A stretch of DNA of 63,767 bases, the filler included, from Neolecta irregularis DAH-3 (lineage: Eukaryota): the NCBI GenBank assembly GCA_001929475.1. It is 14 parts of 14 records of this genome, joined end to end, with 100 filler letters (N's around TTAATTAATTAA, not from the genome) between each part and the next. Parts side by side here need not be neighbours in the genome. Positions count along the whole stretch, not along the records: positions 13,107 to 30,625 come from LXFE01000302.1; positions 30,726 to 32,687 come from LXFE01000303.1; positions 32,788 to 37,056 come from LXFE01000304.1; positions 37,157 to 40,858 come from LXFE01000306.1; 10 more parts are not named here. One strand, written 5' to 3'. The position numbers and the translations under genes are program-made. The notes beneath the pieces were generated by a model. The model was not told where the DNA came from, did no database searches, and was given only the letters and a program-made list of their open reading frames with translations. Shown one piece after another: positions 25,267 to 38,035 of the stretch; the stretch's first letter is position 1; the number at the start of each line of letters is the position of its first letter.

Positions 25267-25953
25267 TTACAATATCGCAGCCACTGCAACGACTGCAATG
25301 ACAGCTCCAGACAAAAGACATGAATTAGCATCAGCAGCACTTTTAGACAATGGCCTGCTTGGAGCAGTATTGTTGCTCGAGGCGGAGTTGTTCACTGTAG
25401 GATTCAATGTACTACTCGCGGTTGGTGATTCCAAGATGGACGTGGGGTTGCCAGTGCTGGCTGTTGTTGAGCTTGATTCCTTATTGGCACCAGGGGTTGG
25501 GCTATGAGCTTTTACAGGAATTGTAGTAATAGTAGTTGACTCTTGAGATGCAGTTGGAGCTGTTCCAGCAGTAACAGTGAAGTGCTGGGATTCGGCATAA
25601 ATCTGCTCTGGCTTATTTGGTGCGGTGAAACGAATGTTAATAAAGGAGCTTTTGCGTAAGCATATACTCCTAAGAATAGATGGATACCCAGTAATAAGGT
25701 CTGTGCCTTTTGCAGAAAGCTTCCCTTTACTCAAATCAACGTTACTCGCAAGAATCTTCAGTTGCTGGAGACCACCAGAGTTGTATGCAAGGAAAAGGTC
25801 AGCAGTTGACGGGTCAGTATTGACGGTGGTCCATTTGACAGTGAAATCTCCACTGGTGGGTATAACAGCATTTTGTTCAGGTTCTGTGATGGTGACTGCA
25901 GAAACAGCAACAGTAAGAGCAAGAGAAACGAGCGCGGAGACGGTGAAGTGCAT
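25267..25953 (-). CDS. GPI-anchored Ser/Thr-rich cell-wall protein with a Kre9/Knh1-like N-terminal Ig domain; probable intron 25649-25687
   Basis: Signal peptide, VTITEP...FTVKWTTVNTDP...IYAESQHFTV, S/T-rich stalk, omega-like SAA and a hydrophobic C-terminus. Confidence 0.85.
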   Translation of the reverse strand: MHFTVSALVSLALTVAVSAVTITEPEQNAVIPTSGDFTVKWTTVNTDPSTADLFLAYNSGGLQQLKILASNVDLSKGKLSAKGTDLITGYPSILRSICLRKSSFINIRFTAPNKPEQIYAESQHFTVTAGTAPTASQESTTITTIPVKAHSPTPGANKESSSTTASTGNPTSILESPTASSTLNPTVNNSASSNNTAPSRPLSKSAADANSCLLSGAVIAVVAVAAIL

Positions 25954-26739
25954 TCTAGATGGAGGTGAGTAGGTGAATTGTCGGCGTCCAGTCAGCTTTT
26001 AAAGAGACTGGCACTGTGGGAAGCAGGGGCTCGGAGGAGCGTCGTGGCTGAGTGCTTGGGCCAGAATCAGTTTGTAGTCGCACAAAAGTGCGTGGCCTAG
26101 GTTTATCCGCTTCCACCAGCTCGTCCAACATTGAATCACATTGCTACCAACGGGCTTCAAGTCTACACATCTCCAGTATCCCGGTAACGGCATTCCATCA
26201 GCGAGACTGCAGCCATCGATGTTCTTGGTCACTTTCAACACCCAAGGCCGTAGCGTAACTGCAACAAGCCCCAGCGCGGAGTTCCGGAGTGTCAAGTTCG
26301 CCACGCACCTCGAGTAACCCAACGCTTTATTTGCATCGGACTCGCCAAGCTTCCATCTCATTTCAGGGCATCAGCAGTTGCTCTAACCAATCTGGGAGAA
26401 TCACAGACAGTCATCTGCTTTCTGGATCCTTTCTTGACACATTCACCAGAATAACCCTTAAAGTACAACTCCTGAAGGATTTGTAAGTAGAGGTTAAGCT
26501 ATTCCACCGGGCCTGGATTCTCGAACAGATTCATTGTCTAACTGGCCATATATTGCAACTGGAAACCTCGCACTGTTCGATGTGAAATTCACAGTTGCCA
26601 TCGTCGACGAGCGTGTGATATATCCACTTAAGGGTTCGCAACAGAGGAACAAAGTCATCAGTTCACCCCTTCGGACAACACAGAAAGGTAGGGACGGTGT
26701 AAACGTTTGTAATACGCAGGGTGTAGCTAGATGTTGCAA

Positions 26740-28140
26740 TCATTTATAGGATTATAGATCGTTGATTGGTGAGCGCGGTCGTATGAGCTTTCAACTTCTG
26801 GGGTACTCAAGACTTAGAAACAGAAATAAGTTAATACAATTGGCTAGCTAACAATACAGAAAACCAGTCCTTTTGAAAGCTGCCAGCAGTAGGCTGGTAT
26901 CAAACGGAAAGAGGACAAATAGGATGGAGATAACGGAAACGGAAAACAACAGATATAAACCCGGGAGCGGCAGAAGGCTGCACAGCAAAATGGGGAAGGC
27001 CAGTATCTTTCTAGGCCAGCCAGAATGGTGTAGGGTGACGAAGGGAGGGGGAGGAAGGTTGGGCAGTTTCTCGTAGGAAATACTAATATTGTGTTGATTT
27101 TGTTGACCTTGCCACCCGTTGAAGCTCGAGTTCGAATAAGACAGGTTTTATACATCAATCTTTGATGGGATATGACGACGCTTTCTTTGCAAGAGAATCA
27201 GCCATCTGGTTCCCAGTAATACTCGCATGGCCGGGGCACCAAGCTATACTAAGCGATGTCGAAGGATTCTTCTCAAAGAAGTCAGTGACTGCTTTTCGAG
27301 CTCGACTCATTAATCTCTCCTCGAAGTGCTTTGGTGGATCCTCGAATATCTGTATTGCTGATACATTGTCTGAAAATAAATATACGGCTGATATATTGGT
27401 CATGGTGTTTGCTATGTCACTGGCGAGATTTATCGCTCCGATGACCGCTTCAATTTCGAAGTTACTGGAGTTCATACACAAAGCCCATTCTCGACTATCT
27501 TCAAGTTGGCCATTTTCATATACTGTTACACCGCATCCGCCTTTACCGGAAGCAGTCAGAGAGCCATCGCTGTAGACAACGAGTGTGCCTCTAGTAGCAG
27601 AAAGATTCTCAACCAACCTTTTATGCTTTATGACTGCCAAAGAACGCTCATAATCTGGTTGACATGGAAACATTGAGGTCTCTACCCGTTTCTCAGGCCA
27701 TTTGAAACTTTGAGCTAAAGAAGCGAAATCTCGACATGGAACATTATCACCTTGCAAGAAACCTAGTTTCCTCGAGATATATGGCAAGATGAGGGATGAA
27801 GATTTCCTCTCCCTTTGAACATTTTGGAAGAGGGTCGGTCGAAACAGTCGGATCTATAGGTCAGGACAACTCCAACCATGGCTGATACTGAAAATTTATA
27901 TCCCACAATCATATCGAGTTAGGTGTAATTGCCTAGCCCTCTTCACAGAACATATATAGAACTCATTTGGATCATCTGATTGGAAGATTCCTTAAGTAGG
28001 AATACCGGCACAGATTTGAACCATATCTGCAAGAATTCTGGGCGATAACATAAGGTTTGACTAGAAAATGCTCCATCAGGTTGAGGATCCATTAGTCTGC
28101 TGATCAGTTCAATTGCACATGACTTCGACAATTGCTTACT
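26740..28140 (-). mobile_element. Decayed LINE (Tad-like) retrotransposon: RNase H ORF 27155-27787 plus 3' UTR
   Basis: VYSDGS, E.EAV..A, LFSDNVSAI and WCPGHASITGNQMADSLAK are non-LTR RNase H motifs; upstream sequence is interrupted by stops. Confidence 0.8.
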
Positions 28141-28190
28141 TGTGCTTCATGTGGCTGAGGATTCACTAGTCTGCTGACTAGCTCAATTGG

Positions 28191-28413
28191 AGTGTTGGCA
28201 ATGGGCCATGGGCTTAGCCCGGCCCATTAAAAGCCCGCGGTAAAACCCCATGGGCAGGGCCGGACCCTCAAATAGTCCAGTCCATGGGCCGGGCCAGATC
28301 CTCAGAAGATCCAATGGGCCAGTCCAATGGGCCAGTCCAATGGGCCAGTCCAATGGGCTGGGCCGGACCCTCGGAAAAGCCCATCGGCCGGGCTTTGGCC
28401 CATTGCCAACACT
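28191..28413. mobile_element. MITE / non-autonomous DNA transposon (hAT-like ends), 223 bp
   Basis: Perfect 17-bp TIR AGTGTTGGCAATGGGCC (28191-28207) / GGCCCATTGCCAACACT (28397-28413); internal CCAGTCCAATGGG repeats; no clean TSD. Confidence 0.8.
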
Positions 28414-30497
28414 ACGAGTCAATTGTGTTACTGTGTATGACTTCGACGATAGTGTGTCCAACCGTCCGCCCGCAGCCGACAACTGCCACCTTGGAACGGC
28501 AATTGGAACTTGTTAATTAAAGGATATGAGTGTGGGTCAGCAAAGATATCTCTTACTAGATCTGTCATAGAAAATGCCGAAAATCATTAACAAAGGGTAT
28601 TATGATTCTGGTAGCTACAGTGGTCATAGTATCTCAGCGGGCTGTCTGGTATCCAACCTCCAGAAGTCCTTCGTAGCTATGTCTTTTGTCCCAAAATCAT
28701 AATGATTCCAATCCCTCAATGAATTCAAATGCAAAAAGTGTTATGGTAGAGACAATGCCCACAGTTCTTTTATTAAGCAGGCATCAGATCCTCATTTACA
28801 AAAGCTATTTTACGAGACAATGGTTACGACTGTTAGCAAACAGAGGTCCATCTAAAACAAAAGATAATATTTCGCAGCATTAAAGGAACAAGATGACTTC
28901 CAAAAATATTCAAAATCCCTCGAACTAGGCAGATTTTGATTGTCTCCAAGATCAGAACACCGAAATCCACCGCATATGGGCTCCTAAAAAATGCTCAAGA
29001 CACTGTTGACTCCACTGCTACCACAGTTTCGGTAGTAATAAGAACATCTCCGAACTCGAGAAAGTCACTGTTCAAGTCAAACTTGCATAATCTAAATCCT
29101 AAACGCTTACTCTTCTGTGGACATGAATTTCGAATTCTGAATAACTTGCCGAAAGGTTGAGATTGGAATGCTATGTAAGGAGGATTATTAACCCGGTTGA
29201 GATTGCCAAGTTCAATTGATAATGCCAATGCCGTACAGGAAAGGACTATTCGCCTGTTTTTATTATTTCACTGAAATCTCCGATAGCGCGCAGTAAACGA
29301 TCGGCGCGCTTTGGCCAAGAGGATCAACGTAACAGTGCAGTTCTAAGATTGGCTACTGCCCCTCAAGAAGTGAACGGGCTGCGAGCAAGTGGGTGGTTAT
29401 TTGTAGTTCTATCATATGAGAACATTTGCATTCCTGATTAAGCAGAACCGAAGACTCTAAATCGCGATAGGTAATTGACCAAGGGTAGTAGCCTTCGTTG
29501 TGCTGTCAGTTTTAGTTCTTAGGATGTGAAGCAATATATTGGTTTCGGAGACTTGTAAGATAGTGACCGTGCCCAGACCAAGTTCTATTTCAAAGATTTG
29601 AACAAATACACAAACAGGACTGTACTAACCTAGAGTTTTTACGAGGTTTCCAGGTCACTAAGTATCTATTAACAGTTCAGTACAAAATATACGCTACACA
29701 AAAAGAGTGTAGTGCAGAGTTCAGTAGATGTACAGATTCTTAAAGAAACGTCATTATTTGCTACTCGATTTCAGTAGTTGACCTAGATGCATACTATCCA
29801 TACTTTTCAGTACTATTACTTGTAAACTAGATGAGCCCGATCATTACTACGATCTCTAGCCCCTTCTTAGTCTGCAAGTAGATTGCTGAGAAGGTTATGA
29901 CAATCGACAAATGAAGAATAAGTAATTTGTGCTTTCCACGTTGGGTAAACCAAAAAATAAAACATATGGATTCATTTTCTCATCAATAATAAACGTCTAA
30001 CACTTCATTGCCACTGGAATAACACTCGAACTAAAAGGTACAGTTGCCTATCTGTAACCATACACTCTTGCGTGCTTACTACGGTATTACACTATGCTAA
30101 GGTAAGCAAGGAAGGTAAGGAAGGAGGAAGAGGTCAGGCGAGGTGGAGGAGAAAAATGGTACAGAGTGACAGAGAATTAAGTCAATTGAACATCACTAAT
30201 GAAGTACAAATAGTTGAATTGCATAACACCTATGTTCATCTTAGTACACTGAACATAGGTGAGTATTATGTTGATCTTAGCACGCTGAACATAGCTTGGT
30301 TCAGTATTATCTTGTCTGCATAACTATTGTCCCATTACATATTTACGTTTGCATATCTTTATACAGGCATACATATATAGTGGGCTTACACTATCCTTGC
30401 AGATCGTATCGTCCTGATTGTATCACGTGATCCATGACAAATCTTGCGAGTATAACTTTGAGCAAATTGCAAATAAATTCACAGTTAAACAATTGCT

Positions 30498-30625
30498 AAC
30501 AAGTAAGTCGTTCAAGTCAGACTTGCTTGCTTACTTGTTTATAAGCAAGCAAGTCCGGAGGACAAAAATAAGCAAGTAAGCAAGTCCAAAATTTAGACTT
30601 GCTTGTTTGGACTTGAATAGACTTG
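30498..30625. repeat. Cluster of direct and inverted CAAGT/ACTTG motifs, probably a DNA-transposon end
   Basis: GACTTGCTTGCTTACTTG versus AAGCAAGCAAGTC/AAGCAAGTAAGCAAGTC; truncated by the contig end. Confidence 0.5.
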
Positions 30626-31005
30626 NNNNNNNNNNNNNNNNNNNNNNNNNNNNNNNNNNNNNNNNNNNNTTAATTAATTAANNNNNNNNNNNNNNNNNNN
30701 NNNNNNNNNNNNNNNNNNNNNNNNNGAAATGAGTGGACCTGTATTCACGCAAAGTGGAGTCCATTTGATTCTACGGTATTTTTGAGCGAGGCAGTTTCTG
30801 ACTATAGAACTGGTTGATGGATATGATAGTTTAAATAGGACATAACTTGGATGATTGGGATGTTTCCAGTGGATTATCATCAAATTGCCAAGGGTTCGTT
30901 TATTCATCAAATTTCCAATTATGTTATTCATCAAATTTCCATTATGTTATTCATCGAATTGCGGTCGTTATTCAAGGGATGTTTGGAATTCATGCCAAGG
31001 TTACG

Positions 31006-32320
31006 TTATATTGCCAAGGGTTTACGTTTATTCATCAACTGTTGCTTTCTCTTTCGTCTAAGGGCATCCTTCCTTTTTCTTTTCCAATCATCAGTCAACG
31101 CAGCTCTATTCTCCTCCCATTCCGCCAAAAGATCCTCTCTAATAATCAGCGATGAGGCATCGCCACATACCTTTTACGACGACAAAGAAACGGTGGTCTA
31201 TTGACTTTTGCAAATACGGAATGAATGTGAGTGTTTGGATTATCGAAATGGGGAAACATGAGGGGGAGAGCCAGTGGTTGTATATCTGGCTTTGTTGGTG
31301 ATTGAATGATTGTATCTGGTTCATCTGCTCCGAATAAATTGAATGATTCTGTGGGGGTAAACAATGATTTTAAACGGTCACTGTGAAGAGTAGCTTGGTT
31401 TGAATCGCTATTAGATTTAGATTGTAGATTTGAATCGTCAGGATTTATTTTTGAATCGTCAGGATTTCTTTTTGAATCGCCAGGATTTCTTTTTGAATGG
31501 TTAGGATTTCTTTTTGAATCGCCAGGATTTCTTTTTGAATGGTTAGGATTTCTTTTTGAATCGTCAGGATTTCTTTTTGAATCGTCATGATTTATTTTTG
31601 AATCGTCAGGATTTCTTTTTGAATCGTCATGATTTATTTTTGAATCGTCATGATTTATTTTTGAATCGTCATGATTTATTTTTGAATCGTCATGATTTCT
31701 TTTTTCATTTAAATTCTGGTCTGGACGCAGATGCAAATCGCTCGATTTCAATCTGACCAAATTATATTTAAACTCCGGGTTGTACTTTATTGAATGTAAA
31801 ATGGCGATGGCCCTTCCATAACGACCGCGTATCCAACCCTGGATATCAGCAGGATATGGGAGGGAAAACCTTTCTAATCGGATCTGCATCTCTGACGATA
31901 TTCATATCTGGGGCAAATTTGCCTAAAATATAGCCCTCTCGGAGTAATTTGCGATCGCGTCTGCGTTTGCAAGCATACAGCTGCTTTCTAGGCACCGTGT
32001 CGCAGGCTACGGACTTGGGGTGTAACCTCGGATTTGCGAGTTGTAACCTCAACAGCGAGCCTTTGTATTTTGAACCGTTTAGTAATTGGCGAATTTTAAG
32101 CCATGATTTATCTGTGATTTGTACTGCAAGGTAGCCAAATACTTGTATGGCGGCTGGGATCAAAAAGGAAGGAACAGGAGATACCGATATTTCTGACGAT
32201 AATTTCTGGCGGGGACTGGATGGATGCGAAAGCGGATATGCGGGAGACTATTTCGAGCAGATGGTCTTTTGAGGAGAGGCCGCCTATGTAGAGTCTTTGA
32301 GGGTGGGGGGTGTCTGTCAT
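31006..32320 (-). CDS. Nucleolar protein 8 (NOL8)-like protein with an N-terminal RRM; last intron 31139-31170
   Basis: QRLYIGGLS...LNGSKYKGSLLRLQLANP (RRM) and C-terminal WEENRAALTDDWKRKRKDALRR. Confidence 0.7.
31430..31700 (-). repeat. 21-bp coding tandem repeat (DDSKRNP / DDSKINH), about 12 copies
   Basis: TTTGAATCGTCAKGATTTMTT units on the plus strand. Confidence 0.9.
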
Positions 32321-32394
32321 GAAGGATCTATCGGTACCAATCCAGTAATCAGGCGTTATAAGTAGCGGAGTTATTTGAGAATCGACCCATCTAT

Positions 32395-32687
32395 TTATCT
32401 ATCTTTTGAACAAATTCTATTCAGGACCATTTCGTTTACAAACCACTCATGTATTCTAATATCGTCGGTCAATTCTGGATGAAAGCTCATTCCGAGGACG
32501 TTTGCCTGCCTGACGGCGATGATCTTGCGGCCGGGCAGGGTAGCGAGGACGGCGGCGTTGGGGTCGAGCACGGACTCGACGACGGGGGCGCGGATGAAGA
32601 TGCAGGGGAAGGGGGGGCTGTGCGGGGGGAGGAAGGGCAGGGGGAGCGGGAGGGAGAAGGAGGCCTGCTGGGAGCCAAAGTGGTTTC
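32395..32687 (-). CDS. PDX2: Pyridoxal 5'-phosphate synthase glutaminase subunit, 3' part (missed by the ORF track)
   Basis: Minus strand reads NHFGSQQASF...FPCIFIRAPVV...IIAVRQANVLGMSFHPELTDDIRIHEWF. Confidence 0.92.
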
Positions 32688-32792
32688 NNNNNNNNNNNNN
32701 NNNNNNNNNNNNNNNNNNNNNNNNNNNNNNNTTAATTAATTAANNNNNNNNNNNNNNNNNNNNNNNNNNNNNNNNNNNNNNNNNNNNCTGTC

Positions 32793-35489
32793 ATGTCCCC
32801 CTCCGCCCCAACGCCCTCCAGCGCCCTCACAAACAAACCCGCGTCTGCCTCTTCCTCCCTCTACCAGTCTTGTCTCCAGCTGCGTGATCGCCTCTACAGC
32901 GTCCCTGGCCTCGAGCCCTACCTGGACCACGCCGAATCCTCAGACTCGGCAAACCCCTCCCTTGTTTCCATGGGCTCCAACGGCGACCCCGTCTCCCAGC
33001 TCTGGAACTGCTTTCGTCTCGGCACAAGCCTCTGTGTCCTCTTCAATGCTCTCCGCCCCGAATCCCCCCTCAAAATAAACCCAGAGCCCGCTGCAGCCCC
33101 TAATACAAACGCGTGCAAAGCTAGCGTCTACCACTTCTTGATTGCTTGCAAAAAGGAGCTCGGCTGCAACGACGAAGATCTATTCACCATCACCCAGTTA
33201 TATCAGGACGACACAAACGGCTTTGTCAAAGTACCTCTTCATGCACTCCTATTTCTTACCCAAAGGTCACAAAAACCGTCGCTCTCGTCTTGGATATACT
33301 CCAGGAACGCGATTTGCTGGTCAAAACAGAGAGGTCAATGTCAATATCCACCCAAGAAGAAAAACCAAAAGATAATCGCGCAAAGGTTCTCACAGAGCTA
33401 CTCCAGACCGAACGAAAATACGTAGAGGATATGGAAATCTTGCAGGTTTTCCCCTCGACCCATCCAAAAATTGATCTGTTCAGAATTATATGTGTGAATT
33501 GTCTGCCGCCGAAGTCCTTCCTGCAGATACTATCCATTCCCTCTTCTCAAACTTGAACGTTTTGGTCGACTTTCAGCGGCGCTTTCTCATTGGCGTGGAG
33601 GGAACTTCCTCAATGCCGCCAGAGCAACAGCGAATCGGCCTTTTGTTCACTCAGATGGAAGAAGGATTCAGTGTTTACGAGCCCTTCTGCGCAAATTACG
33701 CGTATGCTGCAGACCTGGCACTTGAAGAAACCCCAAAATTAGCAAAATTGGCTCATCTCGTCGAACCTTCTTATGAGCTCCCATCCCTTCTCATCAAACC
33801 GATCCAGCGCATCTGCAAATATCCTCTGCTTTTGAAAGTAACAGTTGCTCAAAAATCACTGGTTAATGCTCAGGAACTTTTAAAGTACAGCGATGTCTCC
33901 CATCCGTATTATTCCGAACTTCAAACTGGTATGGAAAGCATAAAGCGCGTGGCAGATCGCGTCAACGAACGTCGTCGGAAACAAGAAAACGAGCAAGTTG
34001 TGATGGACTTGGAACGTCGTGTTGAAGATTGGAAAGGCCACTCGATCGCGGGTTTCGGCTCGCTTCTCCTCGAAGACTGCTTCAATGTCATCAAAGGCGA
34101 CGTTGAGCGGGAATACCATGTTTATCTATTCGAAAGGATACTTCTTTGTTGCAAGGAAGTCGGTTCCCAAAAGAAGACTCCCAAGAGCATGTCCAAGAAA
34201 CCAAAGAAGCGTCTAGGCCTGCAGTTAAAAGGGCGCATCTTTATCAACAATATCACAGAAATTGTACCCTCTTCCGGCAATGGTGTGGTCTACTTTGTAT
34301 TAGTACTCACACTGCAGGCGTTCATACTTTGCAGGTGTATTGGCGCGGAGATATGGAACAGGAATATTTCTGTCTCCGCTGCAAAAATGAGGAAAATCTC
34401 AATCAATGGCATTCCCTGCTATCTCGACTAATCGAAGAGGCCAGAAAGGTACGAAAAGGTCGTCCCAGCGATGCAGGTCTACCACACACTACACACCCGC
34501 GTCACCCTTCGAATGTACAACTAGCGTCCTTGCAAAACAATGTTCTCCATTACCGCAACAAATCGAGTGACGAGGGTTCATTCCCCAGCGATGTTGAAAG
34601 CGTCGAGGATGAAGGCGATACACTTATGAATCATTCAGTTCCATCGACTAGTTATAGATCTCGTTCGACAACTGCAGATGTCATGTTGTCTCATCGATCC
34701 CGCTTTCCCATCACACCAAATCCATCGTCCTTTCCCATGCGAGCCATAAATGGAACTGCCGATTATCAGAACTCTCACTTCTCTCCGATGGTTGATTCTC
34801 CTGCATTTTCTGTGGCGCGAGGAAATTCTTCGTTTGGTAGCAGTTATCCATTTCCTCGTCAAACTACACCTGTTCCGGGTCCCGAAGAGCCTCAGCGGTA
34901 CACCGCTCCACCAATGGGACGAACAGTGTCGAAAAACAGCAACAGCGGAACAATGGGCCCGCCATCTCGTCCTGGGAGTGCCCAAAATCGTTTACGCTCT
35001 GCAAGCAGTCCAAACATTCATCATGTGCCCCTTGGCAATCGACCCGCTGTTGCAATTCCTCCTGTACCTCCTACACCCGCTTCCTTTGGCCCATGCCGAA
35101 ATGATGCAAATTCTCCTGGATCAACCTATGCATCATCACCCAGACCTATGACTTCTGCATCAAGTTCAACAGCTGCTTCTAATCAACCGATTACTCCGAT
35201 CCATCCAAATGGACCCAGTCACCTCAAAGTTAAAGTCAATTATCTGGATGACAAATTTTGTATCGTTATAGCACCGGGAGTTGGCTACAATGAACTTCTC
35301 GGACGCGTCGAAAAGAAAATTCGGCTCTGCGGTGGCGATCGCATCGGTCATTTGCGAATGAAATATGTGGACGAAGACGGCGATTTCATCACCATCAACT
35401 CTGACGAAGACGTTCAAATGGCTATTGAATCCCGCGCCAATTGTCTTCCTGTCGACCATGCCTCCACAATCAACCTCTTCGTCAGTTAA
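32793..35489 (+). CDS. CDC24: Cdc42 guanine-nucleotide exchange factor (CH-DH-PH-PB1)
   Basis: DPVSQLWNCFRLG..LC.LFNAL, LY.DDTNGFVKV, ELLQTERKYVEDME, LIKPIQRICKYPLLL, YLFERILLCCKE, PB1 MKYVDEDGDFITINSDEDV; S. pombe ortholog scd1. Confidence 0.95.
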
Positions 35490-36051
35490 CCACCCACCTC
35501 TGCTCGACAAAAATCTACAAAGAAAGAAGAGTTATATATGTAGGCTTTAATCATTCGCAGCGTCTTTTCCAAGCATTTACGATCGGTCGCACTTGTCCCC
35601 ATCTTTTTCACCTTGACATGATTATTGCCTCTTTGTTAGATCACTTTTTTACTTGTTTTGGGAATGGATATGGTTAAAGGTGTCAGTCATTAGAGGTTTT
35701 TCGTTTCCGTTCTTTACATTTGAAACCTCTTCTCCGTTTTCTTTTCTTCGTTCTTTTCAAAGCTTTGAGGCTGCGTCTCGTTTTTTATGTATATACCGGA
35801 TCTAGAACAATTTCCATTTTTTGCTGTTTCAAATATGTATGCTTACCAGATAGTATTACGTAAACTTAAAAGATCGCCTCAGCTTTAAACCTCTTCCAAT
35901 TTCTTATTTTGATTCCATCGAAATTGAGGGGTTTCGTTTTGTTTGGGGTATTATGTTGTGTTGACAAAGTTGCCTAGCTCCTTTTGTTCAACTTTGAAAC
36001 GTATAATAAAACCCTTGATTTTCGGCTTGTCACTGTCCCACAAACTTGCTC

Positions 36052-37056
36052 ATGTCATTCTCGCTAAAATCTATTGGCAATACGCGTTTCGCATTTTTGG
36101 GCCGGGGAAGCCAGTTGGCTGAATTTTCTACAGTGGATGAAGGAACCTTTACTATTTCAAATCTTGTCATTTCATCTGACCAAAATCAAACTCAGAGTCT
36201 CTGGCTTTTGTTGAATCACCTTTTTCTCTACAAGATCGACTGCAAGGTCTCGACTGATGGGAAACCATCAAAGCCTCGAGAGATTATTATCGCTGTTGGA
36301 GATAGGGACAAGACTACTAATCCAGTCTTGTCACTGCTCGGAAATCTTGACATAGCTGAATCACGCGGGCAGTCTCCCTTGCTATTTGCTATAGGTTTTG
36401 CCGAGTTTTGGCAGTGGGATATCGGCGGCAAAGAAGGTTGGAGAAAGTCCTCTGCTTTACCAAATCCTCTTCGGAATATCTTTACAGGTCCTTTCAGACA
36501 TCCAAGAAGACCGACGGCACCTATGGGATTACTCTACCAAAGATTCATTCCATCTTTAAATGAGACATTCTCGCTTCAAGTAGCAAATCCAGCTGCCGAT
36601 ATCGAGAATTTCCACGAATGGATGAATAATCCACGCGTAGTTGAATTTTGGGGTGAAAAGGGATCAAAAGAGAGACATTTGGAATATTTGACCAAAGTTA
36701 CGGCAGATAGACATTGTATACCAACCTTTGGATATTTTAACGGGACGCCATTTGCATATTTCGAGATATATTGGGCTAAAGAAGACCATGTCAGTCCATA
36801 CGCCAATGCAAATGACTGGGATCGAGGATGGCATATTCTTGTTGGCAATGAAAAGTTTCGAGGATCACATCGAGTTGGGGTTTGGATTACCAGTATAACG
36901 CATTATTTGTTTTTAGATGACCCTCGAACGCAACGAGTGATGTTGGAACCACGAGCAGATAATCTCAAGATCCATCGGTATTTGCAACAATATGGCTATG
37001 CAAAGGAAAAGGAATTTGATTTTCCGCATAAAAGAGCTGCTTTAATGACTATTTCG
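36052..37056 (+). CDS. Siderophore-biosynthesis N5-hydroxyornithine acyltransferase (AlcB/Acetyltransf_8; SidF/SidL/Sib3-like), 3' end lost in the gap
   Basis: HEWMNNPRV..FWGE, PFAYFEIYWAKED, DRGWH.LVG, HYLFLDDPRTQRVMLEPRADN, EFDFPHKRAALM. Confidence 0.88.
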
Positions 37057-38035
37057 NNNNNNNNNNNNNNNNNNNNNNNNNNNNNNNNNNNNNNNNNNNN
37101 TTAATTAATTAANNNNNNNNNNNNNNNNNNNNNNNNNNNNNNNNNNNNNNNNNNNNAGACCGATCCAATGACCTAGTTCTTCAAAGTTAAAACGTAGAAT
37201 GCGTAGTTGCTTTTGGCTGACCACGTGCTGGAGATATAAGTTTGCAGAATTTTCACAGTTGCAACTTTATTTTGATTTGAAAAAAGCGAATGTGATTTTT
37301 CCATCTGTCTTTTATCCAACTTGCCCAACCATCCAACCACCAAACTGCCTACCAAAGCACTCTCTGGGCAGGCAGTTCATATCTCTTCGGCGGGTGTGAG
37401 GCTTAGTGATCTGCCGCCGGACAACTCTCCGCAGGCTTGCAAATCAATCAACCGGTTCAATATGTTGGTTGAATTGATTGACAAGTATCAATTCAATTCA
37501 AACAATCTGCAGTCTCCAGATTTGTCAATCAATTCAAGTAGTTACTTTCACTCGAAGTAGCTGCCACACTATCAATAAACCAACCTAAGTCCATGAGCGA
37601 CAAAAAGGAACACCTGAACGCTCACAAACAACACAGTATATTAATATAGCATAATAGTATCAGAATTACCTACCAGGAAAACCCTTTCATTCGCCGTTTC
37701 TAAAATTCGCATTACATCAAAACACCAACCATTCGAGTACGAGATAGAGTCTTGGGATTTGATGCCGGATTCTGTTTCCCTTAGCATAGTTCTTTCCTTT
37801 TCTTTTGATTAACTTTATGATGATATAAATGATCGTGGCATTCTGCGGGCAAGTATTTAGTTTACAGTTTTCTCTCCCTCTACATTAAGAAATAGAACGG
37901 CCGAGAATCTCAAAGAATACTCGCCAGTTGCGCCTTTTTTACGAAACTCAGAAACACAAACTCGAGGTACAGAACTTCCTATTCAACCCGTAGCATCCCC
38001 TGCGTGCATCTATACACCTTATCCCTCTGTTCCTT

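Noticed and set aside
28500-29290. Possible reverse-transcriptase remnant upstream of the LINE RNase H
   Set aside because: No RT motif could be read with confidence by eye; needs TBLASTN.
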